Origin: Thermoanaerobaculia bacterium
GTDB taxonomy: Bacteria; Acidobacteriota; Thermoanaerobaculia; Multivoradales; Multivoraceae
DNA: 64,000 nt
Reading direction: 5' to 3'
Assembly (NCBI GenBank): GCA_963666565.1
Contig: OY762911.1
Span: 2,144,001-2,208,000, forward strand
The translations under genes and the position numbers were made by a program. Positions 8,549-20,911 of this stretch are shown in pieces. Each line of letters starts with the position of its first letter. Positions within the stretch are counted from its first letter, which is position 1. Below the pieces are notes generated by a model, which had not been told where the DNA came from, did no database searches, and saw only the letters and a list, made by a program, of their open reading frames with translations.

Positions 8549-11500
8549 TCATGGCGTCTTGATCGGGTCGGCGGGACGGCCGGGGAGGGTCCGCGGATCT
8601 TCCGCGAGCTTCTCGAGCAGGAGCTCGACGGCTTTCGCGAGTTGCGGGTCCCGGCCCTCGAGGATGTCGCGGGGCAGGTTCGTGACCTCGATGTCCGGGT
8701 CGACGCCGTAGCCCTCGATCACCCAGTTGCCCTCCGGGTCGGCGGAGCCGGCCTCGGGCACGTTGACGGAACCGCCGTCGATCAGCGGCGCCCGGCCGTA
8801 GATGCCGACCACGCCGCCCCAGCTCCTCTTGCCGACGATCGGTCCCAGCCCGGCGCGGCGGAACTGGTACGCGAACTGGTCGCCGTCCGAGGCGGTGTCC
8901 TCGTCGATCACGCAGACGAGGTGGCCGTGGAAGACGCCGCCGGGCGACGTGTCGACGGAGTCCCGGTTGCGCTCGAAGTCGAGCATCAGCGTCTCGCGCC
9001 GCAACCGCTCGATGATCATCGGCGACACGTTGCCGCCGCCGTTCGAGCGGACGTCGACCACCATGGCGTCCTTGCGGACTTGGCCGTAGTACCACTTGAT
9101 CCACTCGCGGATGCCGCTCGCCGACATGTCGGGGATGTGGAGGTAGCCGATCCGGCCGCCGCCGAGTTCCTCGACGATCCGGCGGCTGCGTTCGGTCCAG
9201 GCGAGGTAGATCAGGGCGTCCTCGCTCGCGATCGGATCGACGAGGACGTTCCTCGCCTCGCCGCGGTCGGGGCTCGAACCGACGGTCAGCTCCAGCGGTC
9301 CCCGCCCGGCCTCGCGCAGGAGCTGAAACGGGTTCGTGTCCGGGGTCAGCTCGCGGCCCTGGATCGCGAACAGGTAGTCGCCCGCATCGATGCCGACGCC
9401 GATCTCGGTGAGCGGCGAGCGGTAGCGGGGCTCCTCGTTCTGGCCTTCGAAGATCCGGGCGATCCGGTAGCGGCCGGCGTCCTCGTCGAGCTCGAAGCGG
9501 GCGCCGAGCAGGGCGGCGCGCGGCCGGTCCGGCGCCTCGTAGTCGCCGCCGCTGACGTAGGCGTGGGACACGTTCAGCTCGGCGACCATCTCGCTCATCA
9601 GGTAGTTCAGGTCGCTGCGGTGCCCGACGTGGGCGAGCAGCGGGCGGTACTGCTCGCGCAGCGCCTTCCAGTCGTAGCCGTGCATGTTCGGGGCGTAGAA
9701 GAAGTCCCGGAAGCGTCGCCAGACCTCGTCGAAGATCTGGGCCCACTCCTCGTCCGGCACGCGGTCGACCGTCAGGCCGGCCAGGGAGAGGGTCTTCGCT
9801 TCGCCGCCGCCGACGTCGAGGAGCCGGAAGCTGCCGCGCTCGCTGACCAGCAGTTTCTTCCGGTCGCCCGAAAGCACCAGGCCGCCGATGCCCCTGGCCA
9901 GACTCTTGCTCTCTCGCTCCTTCAGGTCGTAGGAGAAGACCTCGGTCTGCACGTCGGAGGACCGGCCCAGGTAGCCGGCGCCGCCGCGGACGTAGAGCAG
10001 CTTGCCTTCGGCCGCGCCCAGGCCGAAGTAGTTGTCCGCGTCGACCGGGACGCGGGCGACGCGCTGCGCGATGCCGTCGAGGTCGATCCGGTCGCGGTCC
10101 TTGTCGTCTGCGTCGCTGTCGCCATCGTCGCCGTTCGTGCCGCTCTTGCCGCCGTCACCGTCGTCGTCGCCGTTCTTGCCGTTCGCGCCGGCGTCTCCTT
10201 CGTCTTCGCTGCCCTCCTCGCCGTCGTCCTCGCCTTCATCGTCCTCCTCGATCTCGACTTCGTCGCTTCGCGGCGGGAAGGGATGCGCCGTGTCCTCGCG
10301 CAGCGCGAGCGCGTAGATGTACGTCTCGCGGTCGGCGGCGTAGTTGTACTCGAAGCTGCCGATCTGGGGCTGGAACTGCCGGTCCGAGAGGAAGTAGAGG
10401 TAGTCGCCGCCCGGGTCGAAGACGGGGAAGAAGTCGTTCCACATCTCGGACGTCACGCGGGTGAGCGTCCGGCTCTCGACCTCGAACAGGTGGATCGAGC
10501 CGAAGGTGTTCTCGTCGCCGAGTTCGACCGCCAGGTAGTCGCCGTTCGGCGACCAGTCGTAGCTGGTGCCGAAGGGCCGGGAGTCGTCGGCGACCTCGAT
10601 GATCTCGCGCGGCCCGGTCGCCGCGCCGTCGCCACTCCGGTCGCCGGCGTCGACGATACCGAGCCGGCCCTGCTGGTCGATGAAGGCGATGCGGTCGCTG
10701 CCGGGCGACCACAGCAGGTTGTTGTAGTGGCGTCCGACGCTGCCCTCGGTGAGTTGCACCGGTTCGCCGTTGCCGTCCTGGGCGACCGCCCAGATCTCGG
10801 TTTCTCCGCTGCGATCGGAGGTGAAGGCGATCCGCCGGCCATCGGGCGACCAGGCGGGGTCGCGGTCGTTGGCGCCGGAGCTATGGGTCAGGTTGCGGGT
10901 CGGTCCGTGCTCGATCGGCACGCTGAAGATGTCGCCGCGGGCGGAGAAGGCCGCGCGCTTCGCCTTCGGGCTGAGCGAGTAGCCGGAGACCCGGTTCGCG
11001 GCGGAGACCCGGCTCGGCCGGCGGGCGAGCTGGTCCGTCGGCACGTGGACCGGGACCGGGCGCGCGCTGCCGGAGGCAAGGTCGAAGATCTCCAGCGAGC
11101 CGGCCTTCTCGTAGACGATGCGCCGGTTCGCCTTGTCGGCGCTGGGCCAGCGGATGTCCCAGCGGTCCTCGCGGGTGAGCTGGGCGAGGTCGCCCGAGGC
11201 GGTGTCGTACGCGTAGAGGTTCAGCGTGCCGTCCCGGTCGGACGAGAAGTAGATCGTGTCGCCGATCCACATCGGGTCCCGGTCGGAGCGCTTGTGGTCC
11301 GTGACCTGGATGGACTCCAGGCTGTCGATGTCGAGGATCCAGAGATCCTGCGCCCAGCCGCCCTCGTAGCGCTTCCAGTGCCGGAAGTCCCGGGTCACCG
11401 GCGAGTAGACGACGCGCTTGCCGTTGGGCGAGAGATCGCCGCCGCCCGACTCGGGCATCGGCAGCGCCCGCGGCAGGCCGCCGGAGACAGGGGCGAGGAA

Positions 11501-11971
11501 CAGCTTCGTATCGCCCAGGTCCCAGCCGTCGCGCAACGAACGGAACAGGACCTCCGAGCCGTCAGGCGACCAGCCGTAGACCTGGTAGTCGTAGCCCCAG
11601 CGCGGCGCCAGCGGCCCGGCGGCCGGGTAAAAGGTCAGTTGTCGGGGCGCGCCGCCGGCGGTCGGCACGACGTAGACCTGCTCGTCGCCGTCGTACTGTC
11701 CGGTGAAGGCGATCCACTGGCCGTCGGGCGAGAACTTGGCGAACAGCTCCAGGCCCGGGTGCGACGTGAGGCGGGTCGCCGTGCCGCCGGAGGCAGGCGC
11801 CAGCCAGATGTCGCCGGCGTAGGTGAAGGCGAAGCGGTCGCCGGACAGGTCCGGGAAGCGGAGGAGCCTGGTCGGCTCGCCGGACTGGGCGAAGGCGGGC
11901 GCGGCGAGCGACGCGACGGCCAGGGCCGTGGCGCACAGTCGGACGCGCGGGATGGGACGTTGGACGATCAT
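8549..11971 (-). CDS. Tricorn protease homolog (S41 peptidase)
   Basis: Signal peptide, LLRFPD...[10 protein letters not shown]40 repeats, PDZ domain, [22 protein letters not shown] catalytic Ser, [10 protein letters not shown] and EGYGVDPD. Confidence 0.95.
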   Translation of the reverse strand: MIVQRPIPRVRLCATALAVASLAAPAFAQSGEPTRLLRFPDLSGDRFAFTYAGDIWLAPASGGTATRLTSHPGLELFAKFSPDGQWIAFTGQYDGDEQVYVVPTAGGAPRQLTFYPAAGPLAPRWGYDYQVYGWSPDGSEVLFRSLRDGWDLGDTKLFLAPVSGGLPRALPMPESGGGDLSPNGKRVVYSPVTRDFRHWKRYEGGWAQDLWILDIDSLESIQVTDHKRSDRDPMWIGDTIYFSSDRDGTLNLYAYDTASGDLAQLTREDRWDIRWPSADKANRRIVYEKAGSLEIFDLASGSARPVPVHVPTDQLARRPSRVSAANRVSGYSLSPKAKRAAFSARGDIFSVPIEHGPTRNLTHSSGANDRDPAWSPDGRRIAFTSDRSGETEIWAVAQDGNGEPVQLTEGSVGRHYNNLLWSPGSDRIAFIDQQGRLGIVDAGDRSGDGAATGPREIIEVADDSRPFGTSYDWSPNGDYLAVELGDENTFGSIHLFEVESRTLTRVTSEMWNDFFPVFDPGGDYLYFLSDRQFQPQIGSFEYNYAADRETYIYALALREDTAHPFPPRSDEVEIEEDDEGEDDGEEGSEDEGDAGANGKNGDDDGDGGKSGTNGDDGDSDADDKDRDRIDLDGIAQRVARVPVDADNYFGLGAAEGKLLYVRGGAGYLGRSSDVQTEVFSYDLKERESKSLARGIGGLVLSGDRKKLLVSERGSFRLLDVGGGEAKTLSLAGLTVDRVPDEEWAQIFDEVWRRFRDFFYAPNMHGYDWKALREQYRPLLAHVGHRSDLNYLMSEMVAELNVSHAYVSGGDYEAPDRPRAALLGARFELDEDAGRYRIARIFEGQNEEPRYRSPLTEIGVGIDAGDYLFAIQGRELTPDTNPFQLLREAGRGPLELTVGSSPDRGEARNVLVDPIASEDALIYLAWTERSRRIVEELGGGRIGYLHIPDMSASGIREWIKWYYGQVRKDAMVVDVRSNGGGNVSPMIIERLRRETLMLDFERNRDSVDTSPGGVFHGHLVCVIDEDTASDGDQFAYQFRRAGLGPIVGKRSWGGVVGIYGRAPLIDGGSVNVPEAGSADPEGNWVIEGYGVDPDIEVTNLPRDILEGRDPQLAKAVELLLEKLAEDPRTLPGRPADPIKTP

Positions 11972-12254
11972 GGGTTCCTCCCGTCGCGGGGCGGCGCTCC
12001 GAAGCGGCGGCGCGGCGGCATTGTCTCACGTCCGCGGCGAAGCGCCGCCGACTGGGGGGGCCGCTCACTGGGAGCGCCTCACACCGGGTGCGTCGGCGTC
12101 CCCGCCGGCATCCGGCGCGATAGCGCCGGAATCCGTGGCGCATTCGGTAAGCTGCCGCCGCTTCGCGGGACCGGGTCGACCCGCGTGGCGGATGGGCAGG
12201 TTGCAGAACGAGGATCGAGAAGCCGGCCGGGCGCCGGCGCCGGGAGAAGGCAGC

Positions 12255-13826
<1,572 letters not shown>

Positions 13827-13838
13827 ACCGGGTCTCTG

Positions 13839-14100
13839 CCGGGTGCGCGGGTCTTCTGACCCGCTCAAGGGCGAAGCCGCGGAAGCGGCGCAGCCCGGAC
13901 AATTAGGCCGCCGGCCGAAGGCCGGCGACGCCACTGACGCCGCCTTCGGCGGCAGCGGGTCAGAAGACCCGCGCACCCAGCGATTGACGCCGCCTTCGGC
14001 GGCAGCGGGTCAGAAGACCCGCGCACCCAGCGATTGACGCCGCCTTCGGCGGCAGCGGGTCGGAAGACCCGCGCACCCAGCGGGAAGACCCGCGCACCCG
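13839..14100. repeat. REP-like cluster: one inverted copy plus three tandem 50-bp units
   Basis: Unit TGACGCCGCCTTCGGCGGCAGCGGGTCAGAAGACCCGCGCACCCAGCGAT at 13935, 13985 and 14035; opposite-orientation copy at 13839-13864; partial copy at 14083-14100. Confidence 0.9.
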
Positions 14101-14137
14101 GTCGGGCCGGCGCCATCGCTGCGTTACGCTCGCGGCA

Positions 14138-15478
14138 ATGCAGCACGCGATCGATCTGGACGCGCTGCGAGGGGAGGTCGGCGCCGCGGCCGGGCCGATG
14201 GCGAACGCGGTTTCTGCCTGCGTTCACTGCGGTTTCTGCCTGCCGGCGTGCCCGACCTACATCGAGCTCGGCGAGGAGATGGATTCGCCGCGCGGGCGCA
14301 TCGTGCTGATGAAGGAGGTCCTCGAGGGCGGCCTCGACCTGGAGGAGGCGCTGGAGCACGTCGACCCGTGTCTCGGCTGCATGTCGTGCGTGACGGCCTG
14401 CCCGTCGGGCGTCGAGTACGGCGAACTGCTGGTGCCCTTCCGCGAACTGGCCGAGGGCGGCCGCAGCCGTTCGCGGTTCGACCGCTTCTGGCGCGGCCTG
14501 ATGCTCGACACGTTGGCGAGTCCGTCCAGGCTGCGCTGGATGCTCCGCCTCGGCCGGCTCGCGGCGCCGTTTCGGGCGCTCCTGCCGGCCCGGCTGGCCG
14601 CACCGCTCGACCTGTTGCCGCGGTCGGCGGACAGCGCCGAGCCCGGCTTCGGCGTCCGCGCGCTCGACGCCGGACGCGCGGTCGGCACGCAAACCGTCTT
14701 TCCGGCGGTGGGCGAGCGGCGGGCACGGGTCGCTCTCCTCGCCGGCTGCGCGCAGCAGGTCCTGGCGCCCCGCATCCACCGCGCGACGGTCGACGTGCTG
14801 ACGCGCTCCGGCGTCGAGGTCGTCGTTCCGAAGGAGGACATCTGCTGCGGTTCGCTGGCCTTCCACGCCGGCGACGCGCCGCGGGCGCGGGCTGCAGCCG
14901 GTTCGCTCCTCCGCGCGGTCGGGCCGGACGGACTCCTGCCGGACGTCGACGCGGTGCTCACAAACGCCGCCGGCTGCGGTTCCGGGCTCAGGGAGTACGG
15001 CCTCCTGTTCGCCGGTCGTCCCGAAGAGGAATCGGCGCGGGCCCTGGCAGCGAAGGTGCGCGACGTCTCCACGTTCCTCGCCGGGCTCGATGCGCCGGCG
15101 CCGCCGCCCCCGCCCGAGCCGCTCCGGGTCGTCTACCACGACGCCTGCCACCTCGCGCACGCCCAGAAGGAACGGACCGCGCCCCGCCGGCTGCTCGCGC
15201 AGGTCCCGGGCGTGACCCTGGTGGAGCCGCGCAACTGGGAGATCTGCTGCGGCTCGGCGGGGATCTACAACCTGGAAGAGCCGGAACTCGCGGCCCGGCT
15301 GGGACGGCGCAAGGCCATGGCGCTGCTGGAGGGCGAACCGGACGTCATCGCCACCGGCAACATCGGCTGCCTGACCCAGATCGAGAGCCACCTCCGGCGC
15401 TTGGGCAGCACGGTCCCGGTGCGGCACACGATGGAGATCCTCGCCTTGGCGGGCGGGACGCCTCGGCCGCGCCCGTGA
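14138..15478 (+). CDS. glcF: Glycolate oxidase iron-sulfur subunit-like (4Fe-4S dicluster + CCG domains)
   Basis: CVHCGFCLPACPTY, DSPRGRI, CLGCMSCVTACPSGVEY, CCG motifs and YHDACHLAHAQ. Confidence 0.85.
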   Translation: MQHAIDLDALRGEVGAAAGPMANAVSACVHCGFCLPACPTYIELGEEMDSPRGRIVLMKEVLEGGLDLEEALEHVDPCLGCMSCVTACPSGVEYGELLVPFRELAEGGRSRSRFDRFWRGLMLDTLASPSRLRWMLRLGRLAAPFRALLPARLAAPLDLLPRSADSAEPGFGVRALDAGRAVGTQTVFPAVGERRARVALLAGCAQQVLAPRIHRATVDVLTRSGVEVVVPKEDICCGSLAFHAGDAPRARAAAGSLLRAVGPDGLLPDVDAVLTNAAGCGSGLREYGLLFAGRPEEESARALAAKVRDVSTFLAGLDAPAPPPPPEPLRVVYHDACHLAHAQKERTAPRRLLAQVPGVTLVEPRNWEICCGSAGIYNLEEPELAARLGRRKAMALLEGEPDVIATGNIGCLTQIESHLRRLGSTVPVRHTMEILALAGGTPRPRP

Positions 15479-15554
15479 GCGGCACCGTTGCGACCGTCGC
15501 GGGTCGGGTATCCTCCGCCCGCCCGAAGTTGACGCCGCCCCGAGGACCGCTCGC

Positions 15555-16619
15555 ATGACCCCACCGACCCGCATCGGCATCATGGGCTTCGGCCTGCTTG
15601 GCCGCAGCCTGTTTCGTCTCTCTCTGGACCGGCCCGACATCGAGATCGGGGCCGTGGCCGACGTCGCGGACGCCGACATGCTGCGGTACCTGCTCCAGTT
15701 CTCGACCTTGCCGTGGCGGTTCGACGGTGAAGTGGCGCTGGACGACGGTAGTCTGAGCGTCAACGGCTTCAGCGCGCCCGTCGTTCGCGCCGGCAGCGCG
15801 GGGGAAGCGCCCTGGGGAGACTTGGGCGTCACGACCGTCGTGGACTTCCGGGACACGTCGCCGACGCGCGAGGAGCTCGAAGGCCACCTTGCTGCCGGCG
15901 CCGAGCGGGTCGTCCTGTGCGCCCCGCCCGGCGGGGAGCTGGACAGGACCGTGGTGGTAGGCCTGAACGACGACCGGATCGAACCGTCCGACCGCATCGT
16001 CTCCGCCGGCTCGTTCACCGCGCACTGCGCCGGCCCGCTGTTGCACATCCTCGACGGGGCGTTCGGCGTCGAACAGGCGTTCATCAGTTCCGTGCGCGCC
16101 TACGGGGCCGGTTCGCGGCTCGCCGACGTGCCGGCGCCGGAGCTCCGCAAGGGGCGGGCCGCCGGGGAGAACATCATCCCCGCCGCGACGGGCGCCGCGG
16201 AGGAACTCGCGGCCGTGCTGCCCGACCTCGGCGGCAGGCTCTCGGCCTCGGCGATGGACGTGCCGGTGTCGAATGGCTCGGTTGTCGATCTGGTGTGCTG
16301 GCACCGCGATGCGGTGACGGTCGACTCGGTCAACGACGCGGTGGCGACGGCCGCCGGCGGCGAGTGGACCGGGCGCATCCGCTTCGAACGGGAGGCGATC
16401 GTCTCGGCGGACACGGCGGGAAGCCGGGCGACCTGCATCTTCGACTCGCAGGCGACGATGGCCCTGGGCGACCGCGTCTCGAAGACGATCGCCTGGTTCG
16501 ACACCGGCTGGGGCTACCTGCACCGGCTGGTGGAACTCGTCGCCGCGCTCGAATGCGGGGTTACGGCCGGATGCTGTTGTGGCGCAGGAACCGCGGCCGC
16601 CGAAGGAGGCGCCTCATGA
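15555..16619 (+). CDS. GAPDH-family paralog lacking the canonical catalytic cysteine
   Basis: IGIMGFGLLGR, NIIPAATGAA, VPVSNGSVVDL and WFDTGWGY show the GAPDH fold, but SAGSFTAHC replaces SNASCTTNC. Confidence 0.8.
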   Translation: MTPPTRIGIMGFGLLGRSLFRLSLDRPDIEIGAVADVADADMLRYLLQFSTLPWRFDGEVALDDGSLSVNGFSAPVVRAGSAGEAPWGDLGVTTVVDFRDTSPTREELEGHLAAGAERVVLCAPPGGELDRTVVVGLNDDRIEPSDRIVSAGSFTAHCAGPLLHILDGAFGVEQAFISSVRAYGAGSRLADVPAPELRKGRAAGENIIPAATGAAEELAAVLPDLGGRLSASAMDVPVSNGSVVDLVCWHRDAVTVDSVNDAVATAAGGEWTGRIRFEREAIVSADTAGSRATCIFDSQATMALGDRVSKTIAWFDTGWGYLHRLVELVAALECGVTAGCCCGAGTAAAEGGAS

Positions 16620-16710
16620 TCCGCGTCGGTATCACTCCGGGGTTGCGGGGCCGCATGCGGCCGCCTGCGGCCGCTCGCCTCGAAACGGCACTGGCCCAGG
16701 GGGACGGCTC

Positions 16711-17727
16711 ATGATCCGCGTCGGCATCAACGGATTCGGCCGCATCGGCCGCAGCGTCTTTCGCATCCTCGCCGGCCGGCCGAACGTGGAGGTCGCCGGC
16801 ATCAACGACCTGTTCGACGCGGACCGCCTCGCGTACCTGCTGCGCTACGACACGGTGCAGGGCGTCTTCGACCAGGACGTCGAGGTGACGGCGAACGGTC
16901 TCCGCGTCGGCGGCCGGGACATCCGGCTCACCGCCGAGCGCGATCCGTCGCGGCTGCCTTGGAACGATCTCGGCGTCGACGTCGCGGTCGAGTCGACCGG
17001 CGTGTTCCGGACCCGCGCCCAGGTGGCCCAGCACCTCGACGCCGGCGCTCCGCGCGTGGTCCTCACGGTGCCGGCCAAGGACGAGATCGACGCGACGATC
17101 GTGCTCGGAGTGAACGACGACGATCTCGGTCCCGAACACCGCGTCGTCTCCAACGCCTCCTGCACGACGAACTGCCTGGCGCCCCTGGCGAAGACCCTGG
17201 ACGACGCGTTCGGCTTCGAGGAGGGCTTCATCACCACCGTCCACGCCTACACGAACGGCCAGCGCCTGGTCGACGCGCCGCACAGCGACCCGCGCCGCAG
17301 CCGCTCGGCGACCGCGAACATCATCCCGACGACCACCGGCGCCGCGCGCGCCGTCGGCCAGGTGTTGCCGCACCTGAACGGCAAGCTCGACGGCATGGCG
17401 ATGCGGGTGCCGGTGGCGGACGGTTCGATCGTCGACCTGACCTGCCGCCTGCGCGGCGCCCCCTCGGCGGAGGACGTGAACGCGGCCGCTGCCGAGGCCG
17501 CGGGCTCGAACCTTGCCGGTGTCCTCCAGTACTCGGAAGACCCCCTCGTCTCCAGCGACATCCTCGGCAATCCCCACTCGTCGATCTTCGACGCCCCCCT
17601 GACCCGTGCGACGCCGGCTGCGGGCGGCGGCGCGTACGTCCGCGTCGTCTCGTGGTACGACAACGAGTGGGGCTACTCGAACCGGGTCGCGGACCTGATC
17701 GAGCGGCTCGCCCAGTTCGAGTCCTGA
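16711..17727 (+). CDS. gap: Type I glyceraldehyde-3-phosphate dehydrogenase
   Basis: MIRVGINGFGRIGR, SNASCTTNCLAP, TVHAYT, NIIPTTTGAA and WYDNEWGYSNR. Confidence 0.95.
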   Translation: MIRVGINGFGRIGRSVFRILAGRPNVEVAGINDLFDADRLAYLLRYDTVQGVFDQDVEVTANGLRVGGRDIRLTAERDPSRLPWNDLGVDVAVESTGVFRTRAQVAQHLDAGAPRVVLTVPAKDEIDATIVLGVNDDDLGPEHRVVSNASCTTNCLAPLAKTLDDAFGFEEGFITTVHAYTNGQRLVDAPHSDPRRSRSATANIIPTTTGAARAVGQVLPHLNGKLDGMAMRVPVADGSIVDLTCRLRGAPSAEDVNAAAAEAAGSNLAGVLQYSEDPLVSSDILGNPHSSIFDAPLTRATPAAGGGAYVRVVSWYDNEWGYSNRVADLIERLAQFES

Positions 17728-17752
17728 GACCGGCAGAGGCGGGGACCGGATC

Positions 17753-19204
17753 GTGCAGCGTCGAGCCAAGATCGTCGCCACGATCGGCCCGGCCAGTTCG
17801 AGCGCCAGGACGCTGGCGCGGCTGATCCGGGCGGGGGTGAACGTCGTTCGGCTGAACCAGTCGCACGGCACCCGGGAGGAGCACCGCCGGCTGATCCGCC
17901 GGGTGCGCGAGGTCAGCGAGGAGGCCGGCCGGTCGGTGGGCGTGATGGTCGACCTGATGGGCCCTCGCCACCGGCTCGACCACTTCGAGGGCGCCCGGAT
18001 GCTGAAGGAGGGCGACGTCGTCAGCCTCGGGGCGGACGACGAATCCGATCTGCGGCTCCACCGCGACATGGTGGAGCACGTCGAACCGGGAGAGCGCATC
18101 CTGATCGACGACGGCCGGGTGCAGTTGGAGGTGCGGTCGAAGCAGCGGGGCGGGATCGAGGCGGAGGTCCAGATCGGCGGCGCTGTTTCGAGCCGGAAGG
18201 GCGTCAACCTCCCCGACAGCCGCTTGCCGTTCCGCATTTCGGAAAAGGACCTCGGCGACATCCGGATGGCGGTCGAGGAGGACGCGGACTTCCTGGCGGC
18301 GAGCTACATCGGCACGCCGGCGGACGTGGTCCAGGTACGGGAAGCGTCGCGCGAGGCGGGCCGGCCGCTGCAGATCATCGCCAAGCTCGAACGGCGGCGG
18401 GCGCTGGACCACCTCGACGAGATCGCGCTCGAGTCCGACGGGGTGATGGTGGCGCGCGGCGACTTGGGGGTCGAGATCCCCCTGCACCAGGTTCCGGTGG
18501 TCCAGAAGCGGATCATCGAGACCGGTTGGCGGCTCGCCCGTCCGGTGATCGTCGCGACCCAGATGCTGGAGTCGATGGTCGAGCACCCGCGCCCCACGCG
18601 CGCGGAGTCCTCGGACGTGGCGAACGCCGTGTTCGACGGCGCGGACGCGATGATGCTCTCCGGCGAGAGCGCGACCGGCCGTTATCCGCTCGAGGCGGTG
18701 CAGACGATGCACCGGATCATCACCGAGTCGGAGCGCTACAACCTCTCCAAGCACGCCTCCCAGCCGGTCGGCTTCCACACGATGGAGGTGGGCCCCTACG
18801 ACATCGAACCGCCGCACCGGCCGGGGACCCTGGAGATTCCGGAGACGGTCTCCGCCGCGGCCATCCTGTCGGCGCGCCACCTGACCGCGCAGGGCATCGT
18901 CGTTCTGAGCCAGGGCGGCTTCACGGCCCGCCAGGTCGCCTGCCGGCGGCCCTCGACGCCGGTGTTCGCGTTCACCCGCGAACCGCGGTCGATGCGGGAG
19001 CTCCAGCTCGTCTGGGGCGTCCACTCCGTGAAGATGGACCAGGAAGTCCACCACCACGACGAGGTCGTGGCGATGGTCGACCGGCAACTGCTCGCTGGCA
19101 GCCTGGCTTTGCCCGGCGACACGATCGTCCTGCTGATGGGCGACCCGATCCAGGACCGGCCGCCGACGAACCTGATGCGGATTCACCGGGTACGACCGCA
19201 GTAG
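17753..19204 (+). CDS. pyk: Pyruvate kinase
   Basis: KIVATIGPAS, RLNQSHG, MVARGDLGVE, ATQMLESM and DAMMLSGESA. Confidence 0.95.
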   Translation: MQRRAKIVATIGPASSSARTLARLIRAGVNVVRLNQSHGTREEHRRLIRRVREVSEEAGRSVGVMVDLMGPRHRLDHFEGARMLKEGDVVSLGADDESDLRLHRDMVEHVEPGERILIDDGRVQLEVRSKQRGGIEAEVQIGGAVSSRKGVNLPDSRLPFRISEKDLGDIRMAVEEDADFLAASYIGTPADVVQVREASREAGRPLQIIAKLERRRALDHLDEIALESDGVMVARGDLGVEIPLHQVPVVQKRIIETGWRLARPVIVATQMLESMVEHPRPTRAESSDVANAVFDGADAMMLSGESATGRYPLEAVQTMHRIITESERYNLSKHASQPVGFHTMEVGPYDIEPPHRPGTLEIPETVSAAAILSARHLTAQGIVVLSQGGFTARQVACRRPSTPVFAFTREPRSMRELQLVWGVHSVKMDQEVHHHDEVVAMVDRQLLAGSLALPGDTIVLLMGDPIQDRPPTNLMRIHRVRPQ

Positions 19205-19221
19205 CCGCCGGCATACCCGCA

Positions 19222-19400
19222 CTGGGTGCGCGGGTCTGCCATCCGGGCGCCCGATGACGGGCGCACGGACTGGTTCACGGGTGGCGCGGGCCGCGCCACC
19301 CGGGTGGCCGACCCGCCGCTGGGTGCGCGGGTCTTCCGACCCGCCGCTGGGTGCGCGGGTCTTCCGACCCGCCGCTGGGTGCGCGGGTCTTCTGACCCGC
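19222..19400. repeat. REP-like cluster: three tandem 28-bp units plus a partial copy
   Basis: CTGGGTGCGCGGGTCTTCYGACCCGCCG at 19319, 19347 and 19375; partial copy at 19222. Confidence 0.85.
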
Positions 19401-19470
19401 CTCTGCCGCAGGCGGCCGGAAGACGCGCCGCGAAGCGGCGACCACAGGCATGGCGCTACGATCACGCCCC

Positions 19471-20649
19471 ATGACCGACAGCGACCTCCACGTCTCCATC
19501 GAGAACGACTACGCCTTCCTCCGCGACCCGGTCCGGCGCATCTGCGAGCAGTTCCCGGGCGAGTACTGGCGGCGGCTCGACGCCGCCGCCGAGTACCCGA
19601 CGGAGTTCGTCCAGGCCCTGACCGAGCACGAGTATCTCGGCTGCCTGATTCCGGAGGAGTACGGCGGTTCCGGCCTGCCGCTGCGGGCCGCCTCCGTCGT
19701 GCTGGAGACGATCCACTCCAGCGGCTGCAACGCGGCCGCCTGCCACGCCCAGATGTACACGATGGGCACGGTGCTTCGCCACGGCAGCGACGAACAGAAG
19801 CAGCGGTATCTACCGAAGATCGCGAGTGGCGAGCTGCGCCTGCAGGCGTTCGGCGTGACCGAGCCGGTGACGGGCTCGGACACCACCCAGCTCAGGACGA
19901 CCGCCGTCCGCGACGGCGACACCTACGTCGTCAACGGCCAGAAGATCTGGACCAGCCGGGCGCTGCACTCGGACCTGATGATCCTGCTCGCCCGGACGAC
20001 GCCGGCGGACCAGGTGGAGAAGCGCTCACGCGGCCTGTCCGTGTTTCTCGTCGACCTCCGCGAGACCCGCGGCGCCGGCCTGGAGATCCAGCCGATCGAC
20101 ACGATGATCAACCACGGCACGACCCAGGTCTTCTTCGACAACCTGCGCATTCCAGCCAGCAGCCGGATCGGCGAGGAGGGCCACGGCTTCAGGTACATCC
20201 TGAGCGGCATGAACGCGGAGCGCATCCTGCTCGCCTCCGAGGCGATCGGCGACGCCCGCTACTTCATCCGGCGCGCCGTCGAGTACGCCAACGAGCGCGA
20301 GGTCTTCGGCAGGCCGATCGGCCAGAACCAGGGCATCCAGTTCCCGATCGCGCGCGCCCACGCCGAAACCGACGCGGCGGAGATGATCGTCCGCAAGGCC
20401 GCAGCCCTCTACGACGCCGGCCGTGAATGCGGCGCCGAAGCGAACAGCGCCAAGCTCCTCGCCTCCGAAGCCGCCTGGAAGGCCGGCGACACCTGCTTCC
20501 AGACCTTCGGCGGCTTCGCCTTCGCCACCGAGTACGACATCGAACGCAAGTGGCGCGAATGCCGCCTCTTCCAGACGGCACCCATTTCGACGAACCTCGT
20601 GCTCACGTACCTGGCCCAGCACGTCCTCGGACTGCCGCGCAGCTACTGA
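19471..20649 (+). CDS. Acyl-CoA dehydrogenase family protein
   Basis: IPEEYGGSG, FGVTEP..GSD, VNGQKIWTS, REVFGRPIGQNQGIQF and QTFGGFAF. Confidence 0.92.
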   Translation: MTDSDLHVSIENDYAFLRDPVRRICEQFPGEYWRRLDAAAEYPTEFVQALTEHEYLGCLIPEEYGGSGLPLRAASVVLETIHSSGCNAAACHAQMYTMGTVLRHGSDEQKQRYLPKIASGELRLQAFGVTEPVTGSDTTQLRTTAVRDGDTYVVNGQKIWTSRALHSDLMILLARTTPADQVEKRSRGLSVFLVDLRETRGAGLEIQPIDTMINHGTTQVFFDNLRIPASSRIGEEGHGFRYILSGMNAERILLASEAIGDARYFIRRAVEYANEREVFGRPIGQNQGIQFPIARAHAETDAAEMIVRKAAALYDAGRECGAEANSAKLLASEAAWKAGDTCFQTFGGFAFATEYDIERKWRECRLFQTAPISTNLVLTYLAQHVLGLPRSY

Positions 20650-20734
20650 GGCCGAGCCCGCCGCGGGACGCGGCTGCGCCGCGTCCCGGACGGCGGCGGG
20701 CACGACGTGGCGGCGGCTCGTCGGATGAGTGCCG

Positions 20735-20911
20735 CCAGCCGAGGGGCCGGGGGGAGGTTCCCATCGGCCGCTCGCGCTTTTCGGGCTCAGGGGGAGATTG
20801 CGCTCGCTTCGGTCGGCTGCGCTTCACGTCGGCGTCGGTCCATGGCAGGGCGTCGACCGTCGCTTGCCTCCAGCCCGCTGGGACCCTCCCCCCGGCCCCT
20901 CGGCAGGCTGG
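20735..20911. mobile_element. MITE-like element, copy 1
   Basis: Imperfect terminal inverted repeats GCCGAGGGGCCGGGGGGAGG / CCTCCCCCCGGCCCCTCGGC. The core at 20801-20839 matches the reverse complement of copy 2 at 38 of 39 nt. Confidence 0.65.

Noticed and set aside
10090-10265. Asp/Glu/Gly-rich low-complexity stretch in tricorn
   Set aside because: In-frame charged linker, common at this position in tricorn homologs.
13935-14100. Tandem 50-bp repeats as a CRISPR array
   Set aside because: The units abut with no unique spacers, there are no cas genes, and the same motif is dispersed as a REP-like element.
19319-19400. Tandem 28-bp repeats as a CRISPR array
   Set aside because: No spacers; same REP family.
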